DNA from: Chloroflexota bacterium
Lineage (GTDB): Bacteria > Chloroflexota > Anaerolineae > Ardenticatenales > JAADHH01
Direction: 5' to 3'
Assembly (NCBI GenBank): GCA_013151955.1
Contig: JAADHH010000041.1
Location: forward strand, 8,969 to 72,968
Length of the DNA stretch: 64,000 nucleotides
Below, piece after piece: positions 8,042 to 15,033 of this stretch (position 1 is its first letter; each line of letters starts with the position of its first letter). The translations under genes were made by a program, and so were the position numbers. The notes under the pieces were generated by a model, which worked only from the letters and a program-made list of their open reading frames with translations, was not told the origin of the DNA and made no database searches.

Positions 8042-9361
8042 ATGGCCCGACCGCCATTTCCTCATTCAGCACACACCTTTGAAGAGGCCTACGCAAATAC
8101 CGACTACCGGCTACCACTTCGCGATGAACAGTTGGATTATTTCTACGTTGCGCGTGCGTCAGGGACCTCACGATTGGAGGTGTTGAAGCAAGCACTGTCC
8201 TTGGGCACCGCAAAAGGCCTGGACACCAAGTTCCTGGTTACGGGGCACCTGGGCTGTGGCAAGTCGACGGAGATCAACCGCCTGGTCAAAGACATCGCCA
8301 CACAAGAAGACTTGCGCGAGAACCTGTTTGTGGTGTCCTACTCGGCCAGCGACCTGCTGGACTTGCAAGACGTGGACTATACCGATATTGCCTTCTCCAT
8401 TGTGGCCGGAGTCTACGACCGGCTTCACGAACTGGACATCACCTTCTCCAGCGACACCATCGAGAAGATAACCGAATGGATCAGCATGGAGGTAGAGACG
8501 TTCACCTCCACCACCCTCGGTGCGGAAATCGAGTTGGCCGGTGGACAGGTGGGGATTGGCCGCTTACTCAACATGATGAATCTCATTGGGATCAATATCC
8601 GTGGCGGCGGCACGCGTGGCAAGGAAGTGCGCCGGCTGGTAAAGAAGCGCGCGCCCGAATTACGAGATTTGGTCAACAACCTGCTGGAGGAGTTGCGCGA
8701 GCTTACGGGAATGTCCGTTTTGTTGGTCATCGATGATCTCGATAAATTGCGCAAGGATGATGCCGTGCGCGTGTTTCGCGAGGATGGCCCCTTCCTGACT
8801 CTGCTCAACTGTATGGCCATCTACACCGCGCCCGTTTCTATGATGTACCAATTGGGTGAATCGCCCAGCTTCGAGAAGTACCAACGCTACGCTGTGCCCA
8901 TGTTCAAGGTGGCATCACACAACGGGTCCGCTGAATCGGGCGACCTGGACCGGCTTGTCGAAATGGTCTATCGCCGGGTCTCCCCCGAACTCTTCGTCCC
9001 CGGCATCATTGAACAAATGGCGGTCACGTGCGGTGGTGTCGTTCGCCACCTCATAAAAATGGTACAGGATAGTTGCCTGTATTGTCAGACCTTCCAACAT
9101 CCCGTGATCGATGCCGAGGCCTATTCCTGGGTGCTCGAACGCCTGAAGCAAGACTACAGCAGATGGTTGGGCCGGGCCGACTACGAAATACTGAAACGCA
9201 TACACCAGACGAAATCGTGTCACGACGCAGAAGAGGCCTGGGAATATCTGCAATCGCTCTGTGTCCTCGAATATAGCAACGGGGGGTATTGGTACGACCT
9301 GCATCCCGTTGTACAGATGCTACTTGGAGAGCGAACGCCCAATGCGGAGGAGAGCGCATGA
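8042..9361 (+). CDS. P-loop NTPase (AAA+/ORC-Cdc6- or STAND-like), partner of the downstream NACHT protein
   Basis: The track ORF is 7940..9361 (GTG). I prefer ATG 8042 because GAGGAGG (8027-8033) lies 8 nt upstream. Walker A is VTGHLGCGKST (about 8243-8269). Walker B is VLLVIDDLDKL (about 8719-8748). The stop TGA 9359-9361 overlaps ATG 9358 of the next gene (ATGA). Confidence 0.7.
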   Translation: MARPPFPHSAHTFEEAYANTDYRLPLRDEQLDYFYVARASGTSRLEVLKQALSLGTAKGLDTKFLVTGHLGCGKSTEINRLVKDIATQEDLRENLFVVSYSASDLLDLQDVDYTDIAFSIVAGVYDRLHELDITFSSDTIEKITEWISMEVETFTSTTLGAEIELAGGQVGIGRLLNMMNLIGINIRGGGTRGKEVRRLVKKRAPELRDLVNNLLEELRELTGMSVLLVIDDLDKLRKDDAVRVFREDGPFLTLLNCMAIYTAPVSMMYQLGESPSFEKYQRYAVPMFKVASHNGSAESGDLDRLVEMVYRRVSPELFVPGIIEQMAVTCGGVVRHLIKMVQDSCLYCQTFQHPVIDAEAYSWVLERLKQDYSRWLGRADYEILKRIHQTKSCHDAEEAWEYLQSLCVLEYSNGGYWYDLHPVVQMLLGERTPNAEESA

Positions 9362-12300
9362 CAAAAGATCAGATCGCCGGCCACCTCGCGCAAGCCACAG
9401 ACGAGGAGTTGAATGCTCGTTTTCCGGAACAGATCAACCTGCTCGTCAACATGATCCGTCTGAGCAGGCTGGGGGGCATCGCCACCGTTGAATGTGACGA
9501 CATCGCCCTCCGAAAAAGACTCTTCCGATTCTTCCACAACAAGCTCCGCGAATCCAATATTTATCTCTATCCGGTGGAGGTAAACGAACATGACCTAAAC
9601 CTGGTGCGCTTCCTTCGGGATTTGACGGAACGCTCCGGCTTCAAAGACTTGGAACTCATCGGGCGCTACGAAAACATTGCCCTGTTCATCTATGGCCTGG
9701 AAAAATTCGACACAGAACAGCAAGAACAATTCCTCGCTTCGCTCAACCTGTTCCGCGATACCACCACGATCATCAAGCAGCCGATCATCATTTGGGCCAC
9801 CGGCAAGTTCGTGACGCGCATGGCCCGCGAATCACCAGATTTTTGGAGCTGGAAGGGTATGCTCTTCCAATTCGCCGGCAATGGCCACGAGGCGCAAACA
9901 GAATCGCAATTGCCTCCGCTCCAGCGCTACCTGCACGGCCTGATGAACGATCCCGATTTTGCCATTTGGCGCGATCTATACGTGCCGCTGCGCGGGTTTC
10001 CCCTGCGTTCCCCGCCGGCCTGGAGTGCCGGAGAGCGCGCAACCATCCGCGAACGCCCGGTGAAGGATGATCATCTTTCCCAGAACCTGGCCATGGGGAG
10101 TGCGAAGCCCCCGGCGAGAGGCGAAGCAGATAATTTGCTGAACCTGTTAGCACGTCCGCACAATGTTGTGGTGCTCGGTTCACCCGGCGCAGGAAAAACC
10201 ACGCTGCTTCGCTATCTGGCACAAGCACAGGCCCGCCGTGCCTGGAAAGGCCTGCGCCAGGGAGCGACCCCGGAGCCTATCCCGGTCTTCCTGCGACTCA
10301 ACCTGATGCGCAAAGGACGCACCTTTCACCAACTGATTCACGATGCGTTCCTCTTCTACAACTTTGACTCCATCGAGGAAACTGCCCAATTGAGCCGCCT
10401 GCTTGAAGGCAACCCGCAAGCCAGCGTCGCGGGATTGTCGTCCGACCAGCGCTTTCTGTTCCTCTGCGACGGACTCGGTGAGGTTCCCCGCGAACAACGC
10501 GGTGAACTGCGCCAGGCCATGCAACGCTTGCTCAAGCGGCACTATCTGGTGGTGACATGTCGCACCGAAAAATATCTGCCCATGGACGGCATGGATGTCT
10601 TGCTGATCGAGCCCCTGTCGGACGATGACATCCGCCGTTATGCCATGCGCTATCTGGGCGACAAACGAGGCAAACAACTGGCCCGCGAAGTGTTGGAGGA
10701 CGCGGCCCTGACCGAGCTTGCCCGCAGCCCGCTGGTGCTATACATGCTCACACGCATTGCGGACGACTCCTCCGAGGAGGAAACCCTGCCCATGAATCGG
10801 GGCATCCTCTTCCAGCGTTTCACGGACAATCTCTTGCGTCGTACAGAAGCGGAATGGTGGCGCTTGTTCGGACGCACGCGCAGTCGTGTGAACCTCGACG
10901 TCAGCAGACAAGCCCTGGCCGAACTGGCCTATAAAATGCAACACGACCGCGTGACCCGTATCCACAGCGAACGTTGCTATTGGATCGTCCGCGAGGCTAC
11001 CTATGTCACGCCGACAAATGCTTCGGCAAAGGGTATCTTCGAGGGGTTGATCCATTCCGGGATCATCCGCCTGTCGGGGGACCGTATCCAGGTGGAGTTT
11101 ATGCACCAGGCGGTTCGCGAGTACTTCGCGGCGCTGAAGATCCAGGAAAGCAACGAAAGTCTGGCGTCCTATTTGTCCGACGAGGCGGGGTTGAGGATGT
11201 GGGGCGGCACGGCTACCCTCCTCTTCGGAATTGTCGACAATCATGCCGCTTTGTACCGCGACATTGTTGGGGATGGCACCAATTACCACCGGCTGTGGCT
11301 GGCAGCGCGCGGGCTGGCCACGCTTCCCGATGAATCGGGGGCGCTGGCCGAGATCGGGCGTGCGGTGGCAGACAACCCACACGATTCCGCCGTCTTCGAC
11401 CTGTGTCGCGGGTTGGCGCACGAAGGGCAGGGTGAATTTCGTGAGGCCATCGCCATGTTTCGCCGGGCCATTGAACTGGACCCCCAGCTTGCCTATGCCT
11501 ACTACGATTTGGGTTGCGTCTTTCGCCAACTGGGGTACGTAGACTATGCCATCGCCGCTCAAAAAGAGGCCATTCGACGTCACCCAGAATTTGTAGATGC
11601 CTACAACCACCTGGGGATTACGTTCTTCGAGCAGGAGGATTACCGGCGAGCGCTACAAGTGTTCGAGGCGGCTGTAGAACTGGAACCGGACAACGCACAC
11701 CATTACTTTAATATCGGTCTGGTCCTTCAGGTTTTGCAACAATACAAGCCGGCGGCACAAGCTTTTGTGCGTGCCCTGCAGATCAAAGAGAATTATGCAG
11801 AGGCCGATCGCCAGTTGCAACTGCTTCGCAAGGCCCAAGAGACTCCCAATCTGTCACTGATCGACCAGATCGACCTGTTTCACGACCTGCCGTTGGCCCA
11901 ACGCCTGGCTTTGGCCCAAAACCTGCAAGCAGAAAAAGCCCCCGCCGGCACGATGATCATCGAGCAGGAGCAGCCCGCTCGAAGAATGTACATCATTGCC
12001 GAGGGCGAGGTGGAAGTCTGCTCTGCCGATGCCCAAAACCGGCCACTCAACATCCATCGCCTACAGCGAGGCGACCACTTCAGTGAAGCGGCGCTGCTGG
12101 AAGACGTCCTGCACTCGACCACCGCCACGGCAGTGACCAACGTGAAACTCCTGAGCCTGAGCAGGGAACACTTCGACCAGACAAAATCTCGCTTTCCAGC
12201 CCTCGCCCAAAAACTCGTGCAGACGCGCAACGCCCGTTTGCAACGAGACATTGAACATGCCCTGGAGGAAAGTGCGCGCCGCTACATGGAGCGTGACGGT

Positions 12301-12891
12301 TCCGCGGGAGCGAAAGGTGAAAAAGCGGTAGAACGGGAAATGACGGTGCTGGCCGCCTGCTTGAGCAATACGCACACGCTTACGGCCACCTTGGGGCCTA
12401 CGGGGATGCTGCAATTCCTCCAGGAATTCTATCTGCAAATGATACGTGCCGTCGGTGAAAAGGGTTTGGTCCAAAAATCAGTTGTCGGCGAGAAGGTCGT
12501 CGTCCTGTTCGATGAGCCGCTGGATGCGGTACGCACAGCTCTGGACATGCGTGCCCATTTCGACCGGTTGGTAAAAGCCTGGAAGAGAAAGCAACCCGAT
12601 TTCACGTCGGTTGGTTTGGGCATTGGGCTTTCCACCGGCAAAATCGCGCTGAAAGAAGACGCCGCAGCGCAGATCATGGCTGGGACGCCGGCACTGTTTG
12701 CCGACCGCTTGGCCGAACGGAGCGCCCCCGAGGGAGAAATCCATGTCGATGAGAAGACAAAGATGCTGCTGGGAGACCGTTTCGAGAATCTGATTCCGCT
12801 CGCGAAACCGGTCGTACTGGAAGGACTGGACGAGGAACCGGCACGCCTGTACCGTGTGCCTTGCGTCACCGGGCTGGAGAATGAAGCGTGA
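9358..12891 (+). CDS. Multidomain STAND protein: N-terminal domain of unknown function, NACHT NTPase, TPR repeats, cNMP-binding-like domain, class III cyclase-homology-like domain
   Basis: The track ORF 9289..12891 has an in-frame ATG at 9358 forming an ATGA overlap with the upstream stop.
- NACHT: VVVLGSPGAGKTTLLRYLA (10177-10203 encodes GSPGAGKTT), Walker B FLFLCDGLGEV (about 10453-10482), LVVTCRTEKY, IEPLSDDDIRRYAMRYL.
- About four TPRs (AIAMFRRAIELDPQLAYAYYDLG...VELEPDNAHHYFNIG; about 11440-11830).
- cNMP-binding fold (about 11870-12200; MYIIAEGEVEV...GDHFSEAALLED).
- C-terminal cyclase-homology-like region (about 12340-12860; MTVLAACLSNTHTL...VGLGIGLSTGKIAL). Confidence 0.8.
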   Translation: MTKDQIAGHLAQATDEELNARFPEQINLLVNMIRLSRLGGIATVECDDIALRKRLFRFFHNKLRESNIYLYPVEVNEHDLNLVRFLRDLTERSGFKDLELIGRYENIALFIYGLEKFDTEQQEQFLASLNLFRDTTTIIKQPIIIWATGKFVTRMARESPDFWSWKGMLFQFAGNGHEAQTESQLPPLQRYLHGLMNDPDFAIWRDLYVPLRGFPLRSPPAWSAGERATIRERPVKDDHLSQNLAMGSAKPPARGEADNLLNLLARPHNVVVLGSPGAGKTTLLRYLAQAQARRAWKGLRQGATPEPIPVFLRLNLMRKGRTFHQLIHDAFLFYNFDSIEETAQLSRLLEGNPQASVAGLSSDQRFLFLCDGLGEVPREQRGELRQAMQRLLKRHYLVVTCRTEKYLPMDGMDVLLIEPLSDDDIRRYAMRYLGDKRGKQLAREVLEDAALTELARSPLVLYMLTRIADDSSEEETLPMNRGILFQRFTDNLLRRTEAEWWRLFGRTRSRVNLDVSRQALAELAYKMQHDRVTRIHSERCYWIVREATYVTPTNASAKGIFEGLIHSGIIRLSGDRIQVEFMHQAVREYFAALKIQESNESLASYLSDEAGLRMWGGTATLLFGIVDNHAALYRDIVGDGTNYHRLWLAARGLATLPDESGALAEIGRAVADNPHDSAVFDLCRGLAHEGQGEFREAIAMFRRAIELDPQLAYAYYDLGCVFRQLGYVDYAIAAQKEAIRRHPEFVDAYNHLGITFFEQEDYRRALQVFEAAVELEPDNAHHYFNIGLVLQVLQQYKPAAQAFVRALQIKENYAEADRQLQLLRKAQETPNLSLIDQIDLFHDLPLAQRLALAQNLQAEKAPAGTMIIEQEQPARRMYIIAEGEVEVCSADAQNRPLNIHRLQRGDHFSEAALLEDVLHSTTATAVTNVKLLSLSREHFDQTKSRFPALAQKLVQTRNARLQRDIEHALEESARRYMERDGSAGAKGEKAVEREMTVLAACLSNTHTLTATLGPTGMLQFLQEFYLQMIRAVGEKGLVQKSVVGEKVVVLFDEPLDAVRTALDMRAHFDRLVKAWKRKQPDFTSVGLGIGLSTGKIALKEDAAAQIMAGTPALFADRLAERSAPEGEIHVDEKTKMLLGDRFENLIPLAKPVVLEGLDEEPARLYRVPCVTGLENEA

Positions 12892-13026
12892 AATGTAGAG
12901 ACCACGGGAGCGAGCTGAAGGCGACGGAATCTCCATTCCGTTGCGGCGGCCAGACGTAGCCCTGGAAACCTCTCTTGAGTTGCGCGTTGTGTTGGAGCGT
13001 TGTCCCCTCTATGGTCTCGCGGTCGC

Positions 13027-14025
13027 CTATCGTTTATCGTCCATTTTCTGAATGAACGCATCGAGCGAAGTGGTGTCGAGGGCCACATCGAGCAAGCTCT
13101 CCAGGTGTGCAGCATCCAGCGTGCGCAGTTTCACCTCCACCCCGGAAGATACCCGCCCGAAGCGGTGCTCCAGCACCCGCAACAGTTGCCGCAGCGCGCC
13201 CTGTCTCAGGCCTTGCTCCAGACCCTGCTCCAAGCCTTGTTCCAGGCCCTGTTCCAAGCCTTGCTCCATCCACTTCTCCGCAATCGTGGCCATCAGTTCC
13301 CCTCCTTCCGGGACTCTCGCCTCCACAACTCTCCGCAGTTCTTCTTCCCGAAGCTTATCCGTCCCTACCGACAGATACCGCAACAACGTCTCCAGGTATT
13401 CCAGCCCCGTCTCCTGGCCTAACAGTTCTGCTCCTAACCCCAAAATATGCCCCAGATGCGTTTCTACATCATCCCGCAGAATGTACTTCAGCGTCAGCAA
13501 CCCCACCTGCAAGAGCACCGCTCCCTTGATCTCTTCGTCGCTGTAGGCCGACAGGTCGCACAGACAATACCGGTAGTCGGGCACGTACGCCCTCATCTCT
13601 TCCGGCGCGTCGAACAGGCTCCACAGGTCTAGCCCTACCTTCCATCTCGCTACCCCGTGATACAACACCACCGGCAGGATTGGCAACAGTTGCCCCTGCT
13701 GTCGCAAGTCTTGCTCCCATATCCGCACCACGTAGCGCAACAACTGAAAGGCAACACCCTCATCAGGATAGCTCTTGTGCTCGAACAGCACGTAAACGCG
13801 CGCTTCGCCTCCCTCTTTCCAGGCTACTTTGTAGAGCAGATCCGAAAAGTGTGTCCGCAACTCCGTGTCGACAAAGGTATCTTTGCTCGCTTCCAAGGTG
13901 GACAGGTCGAGCAAGTCTACCACCTCGGGCGGCAAGTAGTAGCGTATGAAGTCGCGGGCCGCCTCCCCGTGGGAGAGCAATTGTTTGAAAAAGTGGTCGT
14001 GGGGTGTGCTGATCCCGGTCATCAT
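13027..14025 (-). CDS. Rpn/YhgA-family recombination-promoting nuclease / putative transposase (PD-(D/E)xK) with DUF4351-like C-terminus
   Basis: N-terminus PHDHFFKQLLSHGEAARDFIRYYLP...FSDLLYKV...VYVLFEHKSYPD is typical of the Rpn/transposase_31 family. The C-terminus has an (EQGL)x5 repeat encoded by 12-nt tandem repeats (about 13198-13265), followed by a LRQLLRVLEHRFG... tail. Confidence 0.8.
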   Translation of the reverse strand: MMTGISTPHDHFFKQLLSHGEAARDFIRYYLPPEVVDLLDLSTLEASKDTFVDTELRTHFSDLLYKVAWKEGGEARVYVLFEHKSYPDEGVAFQLLRYVVRIWEQDLRQQGQLLPILPVVLYHGVARWKVGLDLWSLFDAPEEMRAYVPDYRYCLCDLSAYSDEEIKGAVLLQVGLLTLKYILRDDVETHLGHILGLGAELLGQETGLEYLETLLRYLSVGTDKLREEELRRVVEARVPEGGELMATIAEKWMEQGLEQGLEQGLEQGLEQGLRQGALRQLLRVLEHRFGRVSSGVEVKLRTLDAAHLESLLDVALDTTSLDAFIQKMDDKR

Positions 14026-14075
14026 GAGCCTCAGTCGTTGGTGTGTCAGAATGAAGGGATTTATGCCGATGCGTG

Positions 14076-14207
14076 GTATCTTCTCAAAAAGTAGGGGCGT
14101 ACCCTTGCGGTCGCCCTACGGGGCAGCGGTCGCCCTATGGGGCAGGCGCAAGGCCGGCAAGGGCAGGCGCAAGGCCGTGCCCCTACCCCGAATTATTGAG
14201 AAGATAC
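14076..14207. mobile_element. MITE family A, copy 2 (132 bp)
   Basis: TIR gtatcttctcaa ... ttgagaagatac. Perfect 8-bp direct repeat gatgcgtg immediately on both sides (14068-14075 and 14208-14215). Near-identical to copy 1. Confidence 0.75.
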
Positions 14208-14236
14208 GATGCGTGGTAGTAACCCTCGTAACGCAG

Positions 14237-14536
14237 TCAGAGTTGAAAACGACCGGTAGCTGGGACAACCTTATAATTGAAGTTCTCCACATATTGCAGC
14301 AACTGCTCTTGCAATTGTTCCCATTCCGGGTCTTTCAATATCTTCCGCATCATGTCAATGTTGTTGGTCACGCTGCCAGCGAGAATCTGCGGCCCCTGTC
14401 CGTAGACCGTATACCAGGCCTCCGTAGGTTCAAGGCCCAGCCGTATCAGCGCTGGGGCAAATTCGCTGGTAATGTAATCCAGATAGGTGCTTTCGTGACC
14501 TGCCCGTATGTCCCAAGTCATTAAAAGTTTTACCAT
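14237..14536 (-). CDS. Small conserved-looking hypothetical protein (99 aa)
   Basis: The track ORF is 14237..14596. The internal ATG 14536 is preceded by AGAGG 5 nt upstream. The product MVKLLMTWDIRAGHESTYLDYITSEF... has no motif I can assign. Confidence 0.45.
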   Translation of the reverse strand: MVKLLMTWDIRAGHESTYLDYITSEFAPALIRLGLEPTEAWYTVYGQGPQILAGSVTNNIDMMRKILKDPEWEQLQEQLLQYVENFNYKVVPATGRFQL

Positions 14537-14665
14537 GTCAACCTCTGAACAGACTGTGGTGGAACCCTTCTCATTCAATGAATTGTACCACAACATAGGC
14601 CGGCGAGCAAACGCCTATTCGGCTGGAATGTCGGCGTATGTGGCACAAATCGGGAGGAAAAGCTG

Positions 14666-14738
14666 AGCCACCCGTCGGACTCGAACCGACAACCTAGCGC
14701 TTACGAAGCGCTTGCTCTTCCTATTGAGCTAGGGTGGC
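14666..14738 (-). tRNA. tRNA-Thr (anticodon CGU)
   Basis: Hand-folded cloverleaf: GCCACCC-TA-GCTC-AATAGGAA-GAGC-A-AGCGC-TTCGTAA-GCGCT-AGGTT-GTCGG-TTCGAGT-CCGAC-GGGTGGC-T. 73 nt. CCA is not encoded. Confidence 0.85.
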
Positions 14739-14747
14739 GTCCCGAAG

Positions 14748-14776
14748 ATTATAGCATAGCCCTGCCGGGAAGTCAA
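14748..14776 (-). promoter_or_regulatory. Promoter TTGACT-N17-TATAAT for tRNA-Thr
   Basis: The reverse strand reads ttgact-tcccggcagggctatgc-tataat. The -10 element ends about 9 nt before the tRNA 5' end. Confidence 0.6.
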
Positions 14777-14820
14777 ACCAATCGGTGTGTGCGGGGGTGA
14801 CACAACCCACCAGCGAAAAC

Positions 14821-14849
14821 TTGCCTTGTAGCGAAAAACATGATACAAT
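14821..14849 (+). promoter_or_regulatory. Promoter TTGCCT-N17-TACAAT for tRNA-His/tRNA-Arg
   Basis: ttgcct-tgtagcgaaaaacatga-tacaat. The -10 element ends 10 nt before tRNA-His. Confidence 0.6.
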
Positions 14850-14859
14850 GTAAGCACGT

Positions 14860-14933
14860 GGTGAGCGTAGCCGAGAGGTTAAGGCACCTGGTTGTGGCCC
14901 AGGAGATCGTGGGTTCGATCCCCACCGCTCACC
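14860..14933 (+). tRNA. tRNA-His (anticodon GUG) with encoded G-1
   Basis: G-1 + GTGAGCG acceptor. Anticodon arm CCTGG-TTGTGGC-CCAGG. T-arm GTGGG-TTCGATC-CCCAC. 3' acceptor CGCTCAC + C. Confidence 0.85.
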
Positions 14934-14943
14934 CCTGTACCAT

Positions 14944-15016
14944 GCGCCCGTAGCTCAATGGATAGAGTACCTGACTTCGAATCAGTAGGTTGCAGGTTCG
15001 AGTCCTGCCGGGCGCG
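14944..15016 (+). tRNA. tRNA-Arg (anticodon UCG)
   Basis: GCGCCCG acceptor. D-arm GCTC-AATGGATA-GAGT. Anticodon loop CTTCGAA (one C-U mismatch at the top of the stem). T-arm GCAGG-TTCGAGT-CCTGC. 3' acceptor CGGGCGC-G. Confidence 0.8.
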
Positions 15017-15033
15017 CTGAGGAGTATTTCCCA

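Noticed and set aside
12892-13026. Hairpin acggaat-ctcc-attccgt after the NACHT gene as an intrinsic terminator
   Set aside because: It has only a 7-bp stem with no following T-run. I cannot support a terminator call.
13000-14094. Plus-strand ORFs antisense to the Rpn-family gene (13000..13422, 13052..13546, 13657..14094 and others)
   Set aside because: The minus-strand product has a strong family signature. The plus-strand products are low-complexity, partly because they read the 12-nt tandem repeat.
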